In this document: positions 10,898-19,977 of the stretch, one piece after another | Position numbering within the stretch: the stretch's first letter is position 1 | Layout of the letters: each line of letters starts with the position of its first letter | NCBI GenBank assembly: GCA_047495785.1 | Contig: JBLDXI010000142.1 | Location: 1 to 19,977, forward strand | DNA: 19,977 nucleotides | From: Lepidodermella squamata | Taxonomy: Eukaryota; Animalia; Gastrotricha | Reading direction: 5' to 3' | Translations under genes and position numbers: made by a program | Notes under the pieces: generated by a model | Database searches by the model: none | What the model was told of the DNA's origin: nothing | What the model saw: only the letters and a program-made list of their open reading frames with translations

Positions 10898-11335
10898 CTA
10901 ATGGAAAAAAAATTTGAAACTTGAAATCAAGCAACGAAAAAAATGTGAATTTAAAATAAAAATAAAAATAAAAAAAAGAATGGAAAAAATTCGGCGTTAT
11001 AAGAGTTGAGATTTCGATTTTTATTGAATACTCACAGGGGTTCAAAATAAAATAAAATAAATGAAAAATCAAGGAATCTTTTTATTTGTTCTTAAGAAAA
11101 CTCAAATGAGCAGAGGTTGTTCAAACTAAAATATATCAAGCAATACCTGACAGCATTTAAATTTAATTGGAATCGAAATCGTTAAAAAAAACCGGATGAA
11201 ATTAGTCTCTTCGATTTTTTACAAAATTAATGTAGAGGAACCGGAATTTTCAAGCGCAAGTAAATTTTTGCTGATTTTTTAAAACCAAGTATAACATTTA
11301 AACAGAATATCTTTTAGCGGAACCAAATTTGCCTG

Positions 11336-11624
11336 CTGTGAAACCTTAGATAAGCAAAAGGTCGCTTTAACTAATATTTTACGAAATTAAGGCAATGTAT
11401 AAATTCTACAGTGAAGAATGTGTCTTATTATACAGAGTTTTACGCTGAATTAAATGATAATTTCTTTTTTATTATGTTGATCAATCCTGAAATCCTATTA
11501 AGTTTCAACCATAGAGAAAAAATTTCGAATATTCACAAGGCCAAAAAGTGAGGTCATTTTTTTCTCTATGGTTTCAACAAGTGATTTTTGGCCTTGTGAT
11601 TATTCCAAAATTCGATGCCGCCAA
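11336..11624. other. Unique 289-bp spacer at the palindrome centre, containing interleaved short inverted repeats
   Basis: Mirror symmetry fails at 11336/11624. 11507-11522 pairs with 11558-11573 (16 bp) and 11533-11547 pairs with 11585-11599 (15 bp). Confidence 0.9.
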
Positions 11625-12062
11625 CAGGCAAATTTGGTTCCGCTAAAAGATATTCTGTTTAAATGTTATACTTGGTTTTAAAAAATCAGCAAAAATTTAC
11701 TTGCGCTTGAAAATTCCGGTTCCTCTACATTAATTTTGTAAAAAATCGAAGAGACTAATTTCATCCGGTTTTTTTTAACGATTTCGATTCCAATTAAATT
11801 TAAATGCTGTCAGGTATTGCTTGATATATTTTAGTTTGAACAACCTCTGCTCATTTGAGTTTTCTTAAGAACAAATAAAAAGATTCCTTGATTTTTCATT
11901 TATTTTATTTTATTTTGAACCCCTGTGAGTATTCAATAAAAATCGAAATCTCAACTCTTATAACGCCGAATTTTTTCCATTCTTTTTTTTATTTTTATTT
12001 TTATTTTAAATTCACATTTTTTTCGTTGCTTGATTTCAAGTTTCAAATTTTTTTTCCATTAG

Positions 12063-12842
12063 GTTGGCAGGTATCCAAATCAGGATATTCTCAAAACATT
12101 CGACCTAAGCGCACAACGCGCCGAATCCAGCATTGAAAACAGCCTGAAGCTACTGCGAACCAACTACCTCGACCTCGTACAAGTTCACGACTTCGACTAC
12201 GCCGAGCGTTCAATCGAAACGCTGCTCAGCGAAACGCTGCCATTCCTCGACAAAATGCGCCAAAAAGGCGTGTGCAAATACATAGGCGTCACGTCGTACG
12301 ACCTGCCTAAAATGAAAGAAATCGTCGAGCGAAGCCCGGTGAAAATCGACGCAATTCTCAGCCACTCACGGCTGACGTTAATCGACCAAGGCCTCGCGGA
12401 GTACGTGCCGTTTTTCAAGGAAAAAGGCGTCGGCGTTATCAACGCGTCAGCCCTTAGCATGGGCCTGCTTAGCAGCCACGAAATCCCGGACTGGATGGCT
12501 ATAACCCCAGAAATGCGAGTTGCATCTCGCAAGGCTGTTACCACGTGCCAACTCTCGAAATACGTTTTAGAACGCCTGGCTAACGCGTATTCTTACACTG
12601 AAGGTCAGCGGTTAGGCGTGGATGTGTTGCTAACGGGTGCCGCGTCACGCCAGTTGTTGGACCTTAATTTAAAGGCGTATTTCGATGATTTGAGTAAGGC
12701 TGAACAAGTCATGTGCGCGCACATTCGCGACGACATTTTCAAGCCGTTGTCGTTCGATGCGCGCGACATCAATCGCATAGCCAACGCGGCGCATTTTCAG
12801 CAGCTCGCTACGGCCCGACGCGCCTCAATCGCGATTCAGTGA
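12063..12842 (+). CDS. Aldo-keto reductase (L-galactose dehydrogenase-like), last exon only; 5' exons absent
   Basis: Acceptor TTTCCATTAG then a 780-nt open exon: VGRY...FDLSAQRAESSIENSLKLLRTNYLDLVQVHD...GVCKYIGVTSY...GVGVINASALSMGLL. These match AKR motifs (SLxxLxxxYxDLxxxH with the catalytic His; GxxxxIGVT). The segment that should carry the catalytic Asp/Tyr/Lys is not visible upstream. Confidence 0.82.
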   Translation, partial: VGRYPNQDILKTFDLSAQRAESSIENSLKLLRTNYLDLVQVHDFDYAERSIETLLSETLPFLDKMRQKGVCKYIGVTSYDLPKMKEIVERSPVKIDAILSHSRLTLIDQGLAEYVPFFKEKGVGVINASALSMGLLSSHEIPDWMAITPEMRVASRKAVTTCQLSKYVLERLANAYSYTEGQRLGVDVLLTGAASRQLLDLNLKAYFDDLSKAEQVMCAHIRDDIFKPLSFDARDINRIANAAHFQQLATARRASIAIQ

Positions 12843-13952
12843 CAAAAAAAATCGCCGTCTTTTTTTGATGGATGGATGAAACAAAAAACCTACCGAGTGT
12901 TGTGGCGACAGGTGGTAAATAGTGCGTGGGGCTGCTTTCATTGCAAAAAAACTTGCCTCAATTTTTTTTTTCGCGTCGCCTGAATAGCGGCGTAAAAAAA
13001 GCAATGCACTGGGAATAATCCTGGCATTGAATTTAATTTTTTTTTCGAAATAAAAAAATATATGTAACGCATTATATTTGCGGCTTTTGAGTGATGATGA
13101 GTTTTTTTCATTCAACAGGTGGTGCTGCTCTCATTTCAGCCAAATAACAGACAGGTAATTGAGGGCGTGTTTATTTTCAAGCACTGCGTGCTGATTTATA
13201 GCAGTAGAATGTTTTTCAGCGATTTGTACCGAGGTATATCAAAAGCGGGATTTGCCGAGCAAACCGGGTTCACGCGGTGACTTCTTCTGCCGCAGATCTG
13301 ACAAGATGCCGGAAACCTTATTCTCAGCATATATTCTCAGCGAATGTATAAAAAAAGTAACTTTGCGTGGCCGTAAAAGCTGTAGGGCGGTCGTGTACCC
13401 TCCAGTTCGGCGGGCCAAAGTGGAAAACCCCCAAAAAACCGCAGGGAGGACACTGTGGCCATGAAATTAGGGCCCGAAAGTACCCCCTAGTTCGAGGATC
13501 CTACTTCGCGCACTGGCGATCGATTGGTCAAAAAAAGATGTCATCGAAAGGAATGTTTCTGTGAAAACAGCGTTTTTCTCTTGGGACTAATAGTAGATGG
13601 ACATTAGAATTCATTGTTACAAGTAGAGTTTTAAAAAATCGAGGGAAAATGTAAAAATTCTAGAAATTCTTGAAATAAATATTTTCTGAAAATTTCAGTT
13701 TCGTGTGTAATTTCTCCTGATTTTCTAGACCCGAAAACATATGGGTTTGTCCACTGTAAGAGCTTTCTACGGTAAAACATTGCACAGCGTTAAAAGGATT
13801 CGAAAATCGTGTGAAAAACATTTTTCATGGGTTTTATTGAAAGAAAACTGCTTTGACAAAAAAGCGCCTGGAGAGAGATAAATGACAACCGGTATGCATG
13901 AGTAACCATGGAAACAAAGATGATTTAAATTCACAGAAATTCGAGATATAGT

Positions 13953-14306
13953 TCACAGGCTGAACTTCTTAGGCACTCGGCTGCGGGCGATTGCCGAATT
14001 GTGAAGTCGGCCGCAAAGCATCGCCGCCATAACCGGGTGCCGCTCGTACATGTCACGTGGCGTTTGTTTTCGAACAATCGAATCAATCAGCTGTGTAACT
14101 TCTGCCAGGTAACGCTGCTCTTCATCGCGTCGATAAGCAGCCAAATCTGCCCCGCCGTTTTCAACCGCCTGGCTGATTCGCTTCATCCACTGCGCCATTT
14201 TCGCCATCAATTCAGGACTGCGAGATTGGTTGACAAATTGAAAAATGCCGTCCAATTTCGACACTGTCTCCGCACGAAATTGCTCGATTTCTGTTGGTGA
14301 AGCCAT
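13953..14306 (-). CDS. Orphan 117-aa protein, right-arm copy
   Basis: Mirror of 8655-9008. Confidence 0.55.
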   Translation of the reverse strand: MASPTEIEQFRAETVSKLDGIFQFVNQSRSPELMAKMAQWMKRISQAVENGGADLAAYRRDEEQRYLAEVTQLIDSIVRKQTPRDMYERHPVMAAMLCGRLHNSAIARSRVPKKFSL

Positions 14307-15120
14307 TTTCAGAATTTTTAAAAAAATTTCGGCAAATTTCAATCACTTTTAAAGCCAATGCGTATCATGTTGGCGTAATCCTCGTCCCGAGAGCCATTCG
14401 TTGTTTGATGTAAGTAATTGTTTACCAATTACGCTAATTCAGAGCAAGAAATAACAAACACCAGTTTTTATTTGACTGCGCACTGCTGTAGCCTAATTTT
14501 AATGCGCACACTTGTCAAATGATAACTACCAATTAACGCGCACAATGCTTTTTCGTCGTCCTAATGATTAGCTGCTGTCTCGTTTTGGTTATAGCCTGAT
14601 GTTGCCATCATCATCAGGGCCTGTTAAATGGTGTCGGAATCCAGAACGTGACCAAGTGTCGTAAATGAGCATCCTGCCGGGTTCTATTCACTGCCGCACT
14701 GCGCGTCGCTTGTCTCACGAAGCGCGTGAAAAATGACGATCTGCTGTCGCATTATTTACTGCCGCTCCTTCTACGCTTGCGTAAACAACAAGTCCCAGAA
14801 TTGTTACTATACTATGACAGATACATAAAAGCAATCCGTTTTCAATAATAACAAAACCCTTAGTTTTTCGCAGGCGATTTTTATCGGCGGATTAACTTGT
14901 TATTCGTGTTTATTTCTGGCCCGCCAGCGGTATTAGGAAACGATACTCTTGATAATGCAATCAAACTTGGCGAAAAAAATCGCCCTATTCCGAATTAAGC
15001 GATGATGATTGAATTATCGCCGGCAAGTTTTGACCACCATATTATTGAGTCGCGTTCGATTTTTTATCACTCAGTATAATAAAACCCGACAACAAAGTAC
15101 CGAATTTCCCGATTCCGAGC

Positions 15121-17567
15121 ATGCTAGTGGTCCCAATTTTGTTCTTAATTGCAGTCGAGCATATTCAAGGTAAGAATTATTTTTCATAAATTGAATCGAT
15201 TTATGTGCCTCTCGATTTTCCAGTCACCCTGCAAGGAGCGGCTGAAAAGGCGTTATTAGCAAAATTATTTAATAATTATGAAATTTTGGAACGGCCCGTT
15301 GTTAATGATGATGACGCCCTGGAAGTTCAATTTGGCCTCACCCTTCAACAAATTATCGATGTGGACGAAAAGTACCAAGGTAAACTGGGCTTTTTTACCC
15401 AACATTTCACATCAATTTGTTTTTAGTCATCAATTCTAACGTCTGGCTCAATTTAATTTGGTACGATTACCGTTTTACATGGGTAAAAATATTTGACCAA
15501 CAAACTTTAATTTAAAAATGTTCTATTTTTTTTCAGGAACCGAGGGATTTTGATAATATCACAGTTATAAACATTCCTATTGTTCAAATTTGGCGACCGG
15601 ACGTTCTTATGTACAATTCGGTAAAATTGAAAAAAAATTGGCGCCCTTCGGTAAAAATTCGTGAATTTCCCCCCAGGCTGATGAGAAATTTGACGCGACA
15701 TTCCCGACACATGCTGTTATAGACTCATCTGGCCAGGTGAAATGGGTGCCACCTGGCATGTTCAAATCAACGTGTAACATCAACATTCAATGGTTCCCTT
15801 TCGACGATCAACAATGCGAAATGAAATTCGGAAGCTGGACCTACGGTTTATTTTCCCTAAAATAATTTTCTAAAATTGGAAAATTAATTTTCAGATGGGA
15901 CAAAGTTGAATCTAACTTTGATGAGAGATTCCGGCGATATCAGCGCGTTTATAAAAAATGGAGAATGGACTCTCTTAGGTAATACGAATTTTTCTAAATT
16001 TTCGAATTTTCACAGTTATAGCACGAACGATTTTACGGGGAATTTAAAGGAATGCCAGCTGAAATGCGGACTTATGTCTATGAGTGTTGCCCGGGTATGG
16101 CCTTTCCATCGGCTCACTTTTTCGTTCATATTCGCCGTGGAAAGCTATTTATTTCAACAAATTTCTTCGCTCCAGCCACCCTGTTCACGTCGCTATCTGT
16201 GGCCACATTTCTAATGCCAGTCAGTCACGAAAGAATTAGTTTCGGTATTAAGGATTGAAATTTAGATTTTATTCCACCTTTTGCATGAGAAATGTCTCAC
16301 TGATTTTCCCTAATTTCACGCATGATTGATTTTTCAAAGGTATGCCAGCGAGGCGCAACGTCAAGTATTACGAGCCCGAGAAAATCGTGCCGTGGATCGA
16401 CGTTGCTTACGTGATAATTATTCGACGCCGCGGCCTTTACTACGTTTTCAACCTCATCGTTCCATCTGTCATTTTGTATTGTTTCTTCCGAAAAATGAGA
16501 GCACGCCTTTTCCTCACGAACCCTTTCATCTATATAGGTCCAGCATTGCACTTCTCTCCTTCACACTACCTGTCGAGAGTGGAGAAAAAATTTCTCTCGG
16601 TGAATTACCAATTTTTGATGAAATTTCGATAATATTTTCTTGCTCACTCAGGCGTGACCATTCTGCTGTCTCTTACTGTCTTCTTGCTACTGGTAGCTGA
16701 AGCAATGCCTCCTACAAGTGATGCCATTCCATTAATAGGTAATTAGGCAATAATTTCAACTAGTTTTCAAATTTTCAAATTTTCAAAAATGTTTAAAATT
16801 TCAAAATTTCATAATTCATTTTTCCGCATGATTAATTAATTTTTAAAAATCATGTTTACTTTTTAATTCAAATTTTTCTGTTTTTTTTGAGGAATCTATT
16901 TCGCCTGTACTATGCTAATGTGTTCACTTTCGGTCATTTTCACCGTTCTTGTGCTAAATTTCCATTCGAGACGGCCCGAAACCCACGTCATGCCAATGTG
17001 GGTGAAGCGTGGCCTGTGCCAATGGATGGCGTGGTTACTTCGAATGCAGCGACCAGGCCGCGATTTGACCCGAAAAGGCCTCATCGCAAGCCGCAAACGT
17101 CTGCTCGACGATCGAAGTTCGCGCAGTTTACTTGCGAATGTCCTCGATTTGGACGATGACATTCGCTGCGTTATCAATACTTTCCAAACCAGCGATTTTC
17201 AACTGACGCCGGTCAAATCGATATCGGATTATCGCGTGAAAACAATCTCGGAAGAAATCGCCCTGAAAAAACGAGCTGAAGATAGAATGCACGCGGTAAA
17301 AATTCTGGAATTTTCCGAGAAAATTCAATTTTTTGGATTTTTTTCTAGCAAATTTACAACACTGCTCGAAGTGAACTATCGGCAATTTTACGCGAAATTC
17401 GAGTTGTTACGAATAAATTACGGGAAGACGAGGCTAAGGACGAAGAGGCGTCAGATTGGAAATTTGCTGCTATGGTCGTCGATCGGCTTTGCCTTTATGT
17501 TTTTCTGTTTTCTACGCTCATTTCGACATCGACGATTCTGCTATCCGCTCCTAATATTTTTGCTTAA
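15121..17567 (+). CDS. nAChR gene A: alpha7-like-group subunit with alternative loop C/TM1 exons (500 aa via 7a, 501 aa via 7b+7c)
   Basis: Exons 15121-15169, 15224-15379, 15427-15482, 15537-15620, 15677-15845, 15895-15978, [7a 16050-16244 or 7b 16340-16475 + 7c 16538-16599], 16652-16738, 16892-17295, 17349-17567, all GT-AG and in frame. Motifs [17 protein letters not shown], loop D NVWL, YNSAD, Cys-loop [19 protein letters not shown]2 [36 protein letters not shown] at 17653. Confidence 0.93.
16050..16244 (+). CDS. Candidate mutually exclusive exon 7a of gene A (alpha-type loop C YECC + TM1 + M1-M2 linker)
   Basis: AAG|GA acceptor, G|GTATTA donor, 195 nt, phase 1 to phase 1, no stop. [64 protein letters not shown] aligns with exons 7b+7c. 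Confidence 0.75.
16282..16324 (+). promoter_or_regulatory. Putative RBFOX splicing elements (TGCATG 16282-16287, GCATG 16320-16324)
   Basis: Two (U)GCAUG motifs inside the 95-nt intron between exon 7a and exon 7b. Confidence 0.45.
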
Positions 17568-17732
17568 AATTGAAAAAATGCGCAAATATTTTATTACAGC
17601 TTAATTATTATTTCAATTTTTAGCATTATTTGAATGTTGATATTTTATTAGCAATAAAAATGCTTGTGAAACCTGGTTTTGGGTTCGTTGGTAAATGGTA
17701 ATAGTTCAACCTAAAAAAATGAAAAAATATTA

Positions 17733-18077
17733 CAGCATGTCCCATTTATGCGAAACCATTTTTTTAATTGTGAAACTTTTGTTTCATAAAATGCAACTAA
17801 TATTTTGAAATTAAACCTACCGGTGAAATATTTCATCCATTATCCACGAATTCACTAGGAGTTTACCGGAGAAAACCCGCGGAAACCTGATGGTAACTGG
17901 TTCGGTAATTTTCGGCATTTTACCCAGTTGAACCAACTTTTTCCGGATTTTTTGACCCCATGGACAAGCGGCATATTTCATTGCTATTCTCATGGTATTT
18001 TGAATTTTCGCAAGATTTTTCTGGCCGTGAGATTTGACTTCACCTGATCCCTTTTTCAGGTATTTTGGGACACGCTG
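17733..18077. mobile_element. MITE copy 2, right-arm mirror
   Basis: Mirror of 4884-5228. Confidence 0.65.
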
Positions 18078-18722
18078 TAATATTCCTGTTTTTTCCATAT
18101 TTAATATTTAAGTAAATTAATTTTCCTAACTATCCCTTCAATCTTCCCTTCAATTTAAATGGCTACCTGGAACTACTCGACTTTAGCACTCACAATTCCT
18201 ATTATTTCGAATTATTGGGCCAAGTGCTGTCAGAAGCATCTAGGCTATATAGAATGCCAAGGGAAAAGATAAGTTGTGTTCCTCTATAATACGACTCTTA
18301 CATTTTATTTGCTGTCCACATGTCGTTTTCTATGACAACAGGTATATATGTAGGATGAGATATAGGTAAAAAGCATTTAACATGACATTGCAAGCGCATG
18401 AAAGCGCATCACAAGTACTGCTTTGTGCCGTGTTCACCTGAAGAGGGTGGAACGTATGATGCCTGGAATCAAGAGGCATGTTTATGCGAGTTTGTTTTGC
18501 CTACTGCGCGGCTATCGTGTCGCGTTGCGATAATATCACTTGCGCAAACACCGCAAAAGCATTCCGAATGCGCCTCTGTAATAAAACTCCTAATGGTAAT
18601 TAATAAGGGGTCGCATCTTGAGACTGATACGAACCTCCCAGAACGCTATATGGAACTATTACAGATTAACCGATAACATTTGTTTTTTAGCTATCGGATA
18701 TTCGTTTTTTCCCAATAATATC

Positions 18723-18997
18723 GAGGGTGTCCCAAAAGTTGAATTATGGTTTTCTACTAAATTATAGCTAAAAACACATGTTGTATCCCTCCATTACGTT
18801 TTCACCGAATGGGAACCCGAATAAAAGCCTAATAGGAATTGCTTGGTAATTTTCGGTATTTTACCTGTTTTTTCTGATTTTCAAGCATTTCCAAGCATTT
18901 CATACCATAAGGTCCTATATTATCGTCTCGGTTTAGACTCATTAATCAATTTTAGTGTGCCTAATTTTTTATTTACTCTATTTTATAAGACACCCTG
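18723..18997. mobile_element. MITE copy 1, right-arm mirror
   Basis: Mirror of 3964-4238. Confidence 0.5.
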
Positions 18998-19011
18998 TAG
19001 GACCATTCGAG

Positions 19012-19119
19012 CTAGAGTTGCAGTTGGAGTTAGGGTTAGGGTCAGGGTTAGGGTTAGGGTTAGGGTTAGGATTAAGTTTAAGGTTAAGGTTAAGGTTGAG
19101 GTTAGGCTTAGGATTAGGA
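19012..19119 (+). repeat. Telomere-like TTAGGG array, right-arm mirror
   Basis: Core 19030-19065 is TTAGGG TTAGGG TCAGGG TTAGGG TTAGGG TTAGGG. Confidence 0.9.
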
Positions 19120-19202
19120 GATTTCTAATTAGGTATAGGTTGGCATAACTCTGGCTTCGTATCCTTTATTAATTCATTCTATTTATTATAGGAATTAGAA
19201 TA

Positions 19203-19966
19203 ATGAGTTATTTATTAGCCGTGATTTTAATTCTTGCGAGTGGATTTCTCAAAGGTAATTTCCATCAAAATAGTTTAATTAATGTTATGTTTATGTTTTT
19301 ATTGATTTCAGAGTCGGAACAGGGTAAGGATGAGGGAGCTTTATTGAAGCACCTGTTCACCGACTATCAAGTCCTCGAACGTCCGGTTATCGATGACCGA
19401 GAGGCTCTTCTTGTCAACATGAGTTTGACACTACAACAAATTCTCGACGTGGATGAAAAATATCAGAGTATGAATAATTTTATAAAGCAGATTTTATTCC
19501 AATTTATTATCCATTTATTTAGTGATTCATACCAACATTATGTTGAACATAGAATGGTTCGATTATCGCCTCAGCTGGAACCCGGCTAAATACGGCAATA
19601 TTACCGTTATAAATTTACCGATCGCTGAAATTTGGCGGCCCGATGTGTTGATGTACAACTCAGCCGATGAACAATTCGACGCCGCTTATCCGATTAATGC
19701 GCAAATTTACAACTACGGTAAGGTGAAGTGGATCCCGCCGGGCATTTTCAAGGCAACGTGCAACATGAAAATCGAATGGTTTCCGTTCGATGAACAGCGC
19801 TGTGAACTCAAATTCGGAAGTTGGACTTATGGTAAGGAAATTTATTTTAGAAACAATTAAAAAATCTCGGAATTTTTTTCAGACGGAAACAGTTTGAACG
19901 TGTCCCTTCAGGGAGATAGTGGCGACACTAGTACCTACATCAAAAACGGAGAATGGGATTTATTAG
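19203..19966 (+). CDS. nAChR gene B, right-arm copy, first four exons (cut by the window end)
   Basis: Exons 19203-19254, 19312-19467, 19523-19831, 19883-19966, mirroring 3758-2995. Confidence 0.92.
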
Positions 19967-19977
19967 GTATAAAAATT

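Larger units (their letters stand above)
2984..11335. repeat. Left arm of a giant inverted duplication (at least 8.35 kb)
   Basis: Reverse complement of 11625-19977. ORFs mirror with coordinate sums 22960 (inner) and 22961 (outer) and identical translations except those spanning one indel. Inner end ...AACCAAATTTGCCTG(11335) pairs with (11625)CAGGCAAATTTGGTT. Confidence 0.97.
11625..19977. repeat. Right arm of the giant inverted duplication (runs off the window end)
   Basis: Reverse complement of 2984-11335. The only difference I found is A8 (12844-12851) versus T7 (10110-10116). Not every base was compared. Confidence 0.97.

Noticed and set aside
10416-11072. ORFs 10416-10763 and 10824-11072 and their mirrors
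   Set aside because: Antisense shadow of the AKR exon and a T-rich intronic frame.
1-19977. Prokaryotic systems, CRISPR arrays, tRNA or rRNA genes
   Set aside because: Spliceosomal gene structure throughout; no repeat-spacer array or structural RNA signature seen.

Overview
Eukaryotic invertebrate DNA: AT-rich, with many ~50-nt GT-AG introns and TTTCAG-like acceptors (nematode-like, taxon not provable from the sequence). Most of the window is one giant inverted duplication, with arms 2984-11335 and 11625-19977 (right arm runs off the edge) around a 289-bp spacer. Each arm carries a 5'-truncated aldo-keto reductase exon, an orphan 117-aa ORF, alpha7-like nicotinic acetylcholine receptor (nAChR) subunit gene A, two related Tc1/mariner-type MITEs, a TTAGGG-like array and a tandem paralogue, nAChR gene B (complete only on the left). 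Left of the visible duplication lie a secreted 8-Cys protein and a spliced gene of unknown function. Main observation: gene A appears to hold two alternative, in-phase versions of the loop C + TM1 + M1-M2 linker segment. Exon 7a has vicinal Cys-Cys (alpha-type) and exons 7b+7c lack it (non-alpha), with RBFOX-type (U)GCAUG motifs between them, so one gene could switch between alpha and non-alpha subunit by mutually exclusive splicing. Exon boundaries were derived by hand. The palindrome may be an amplification or assembly artefact.
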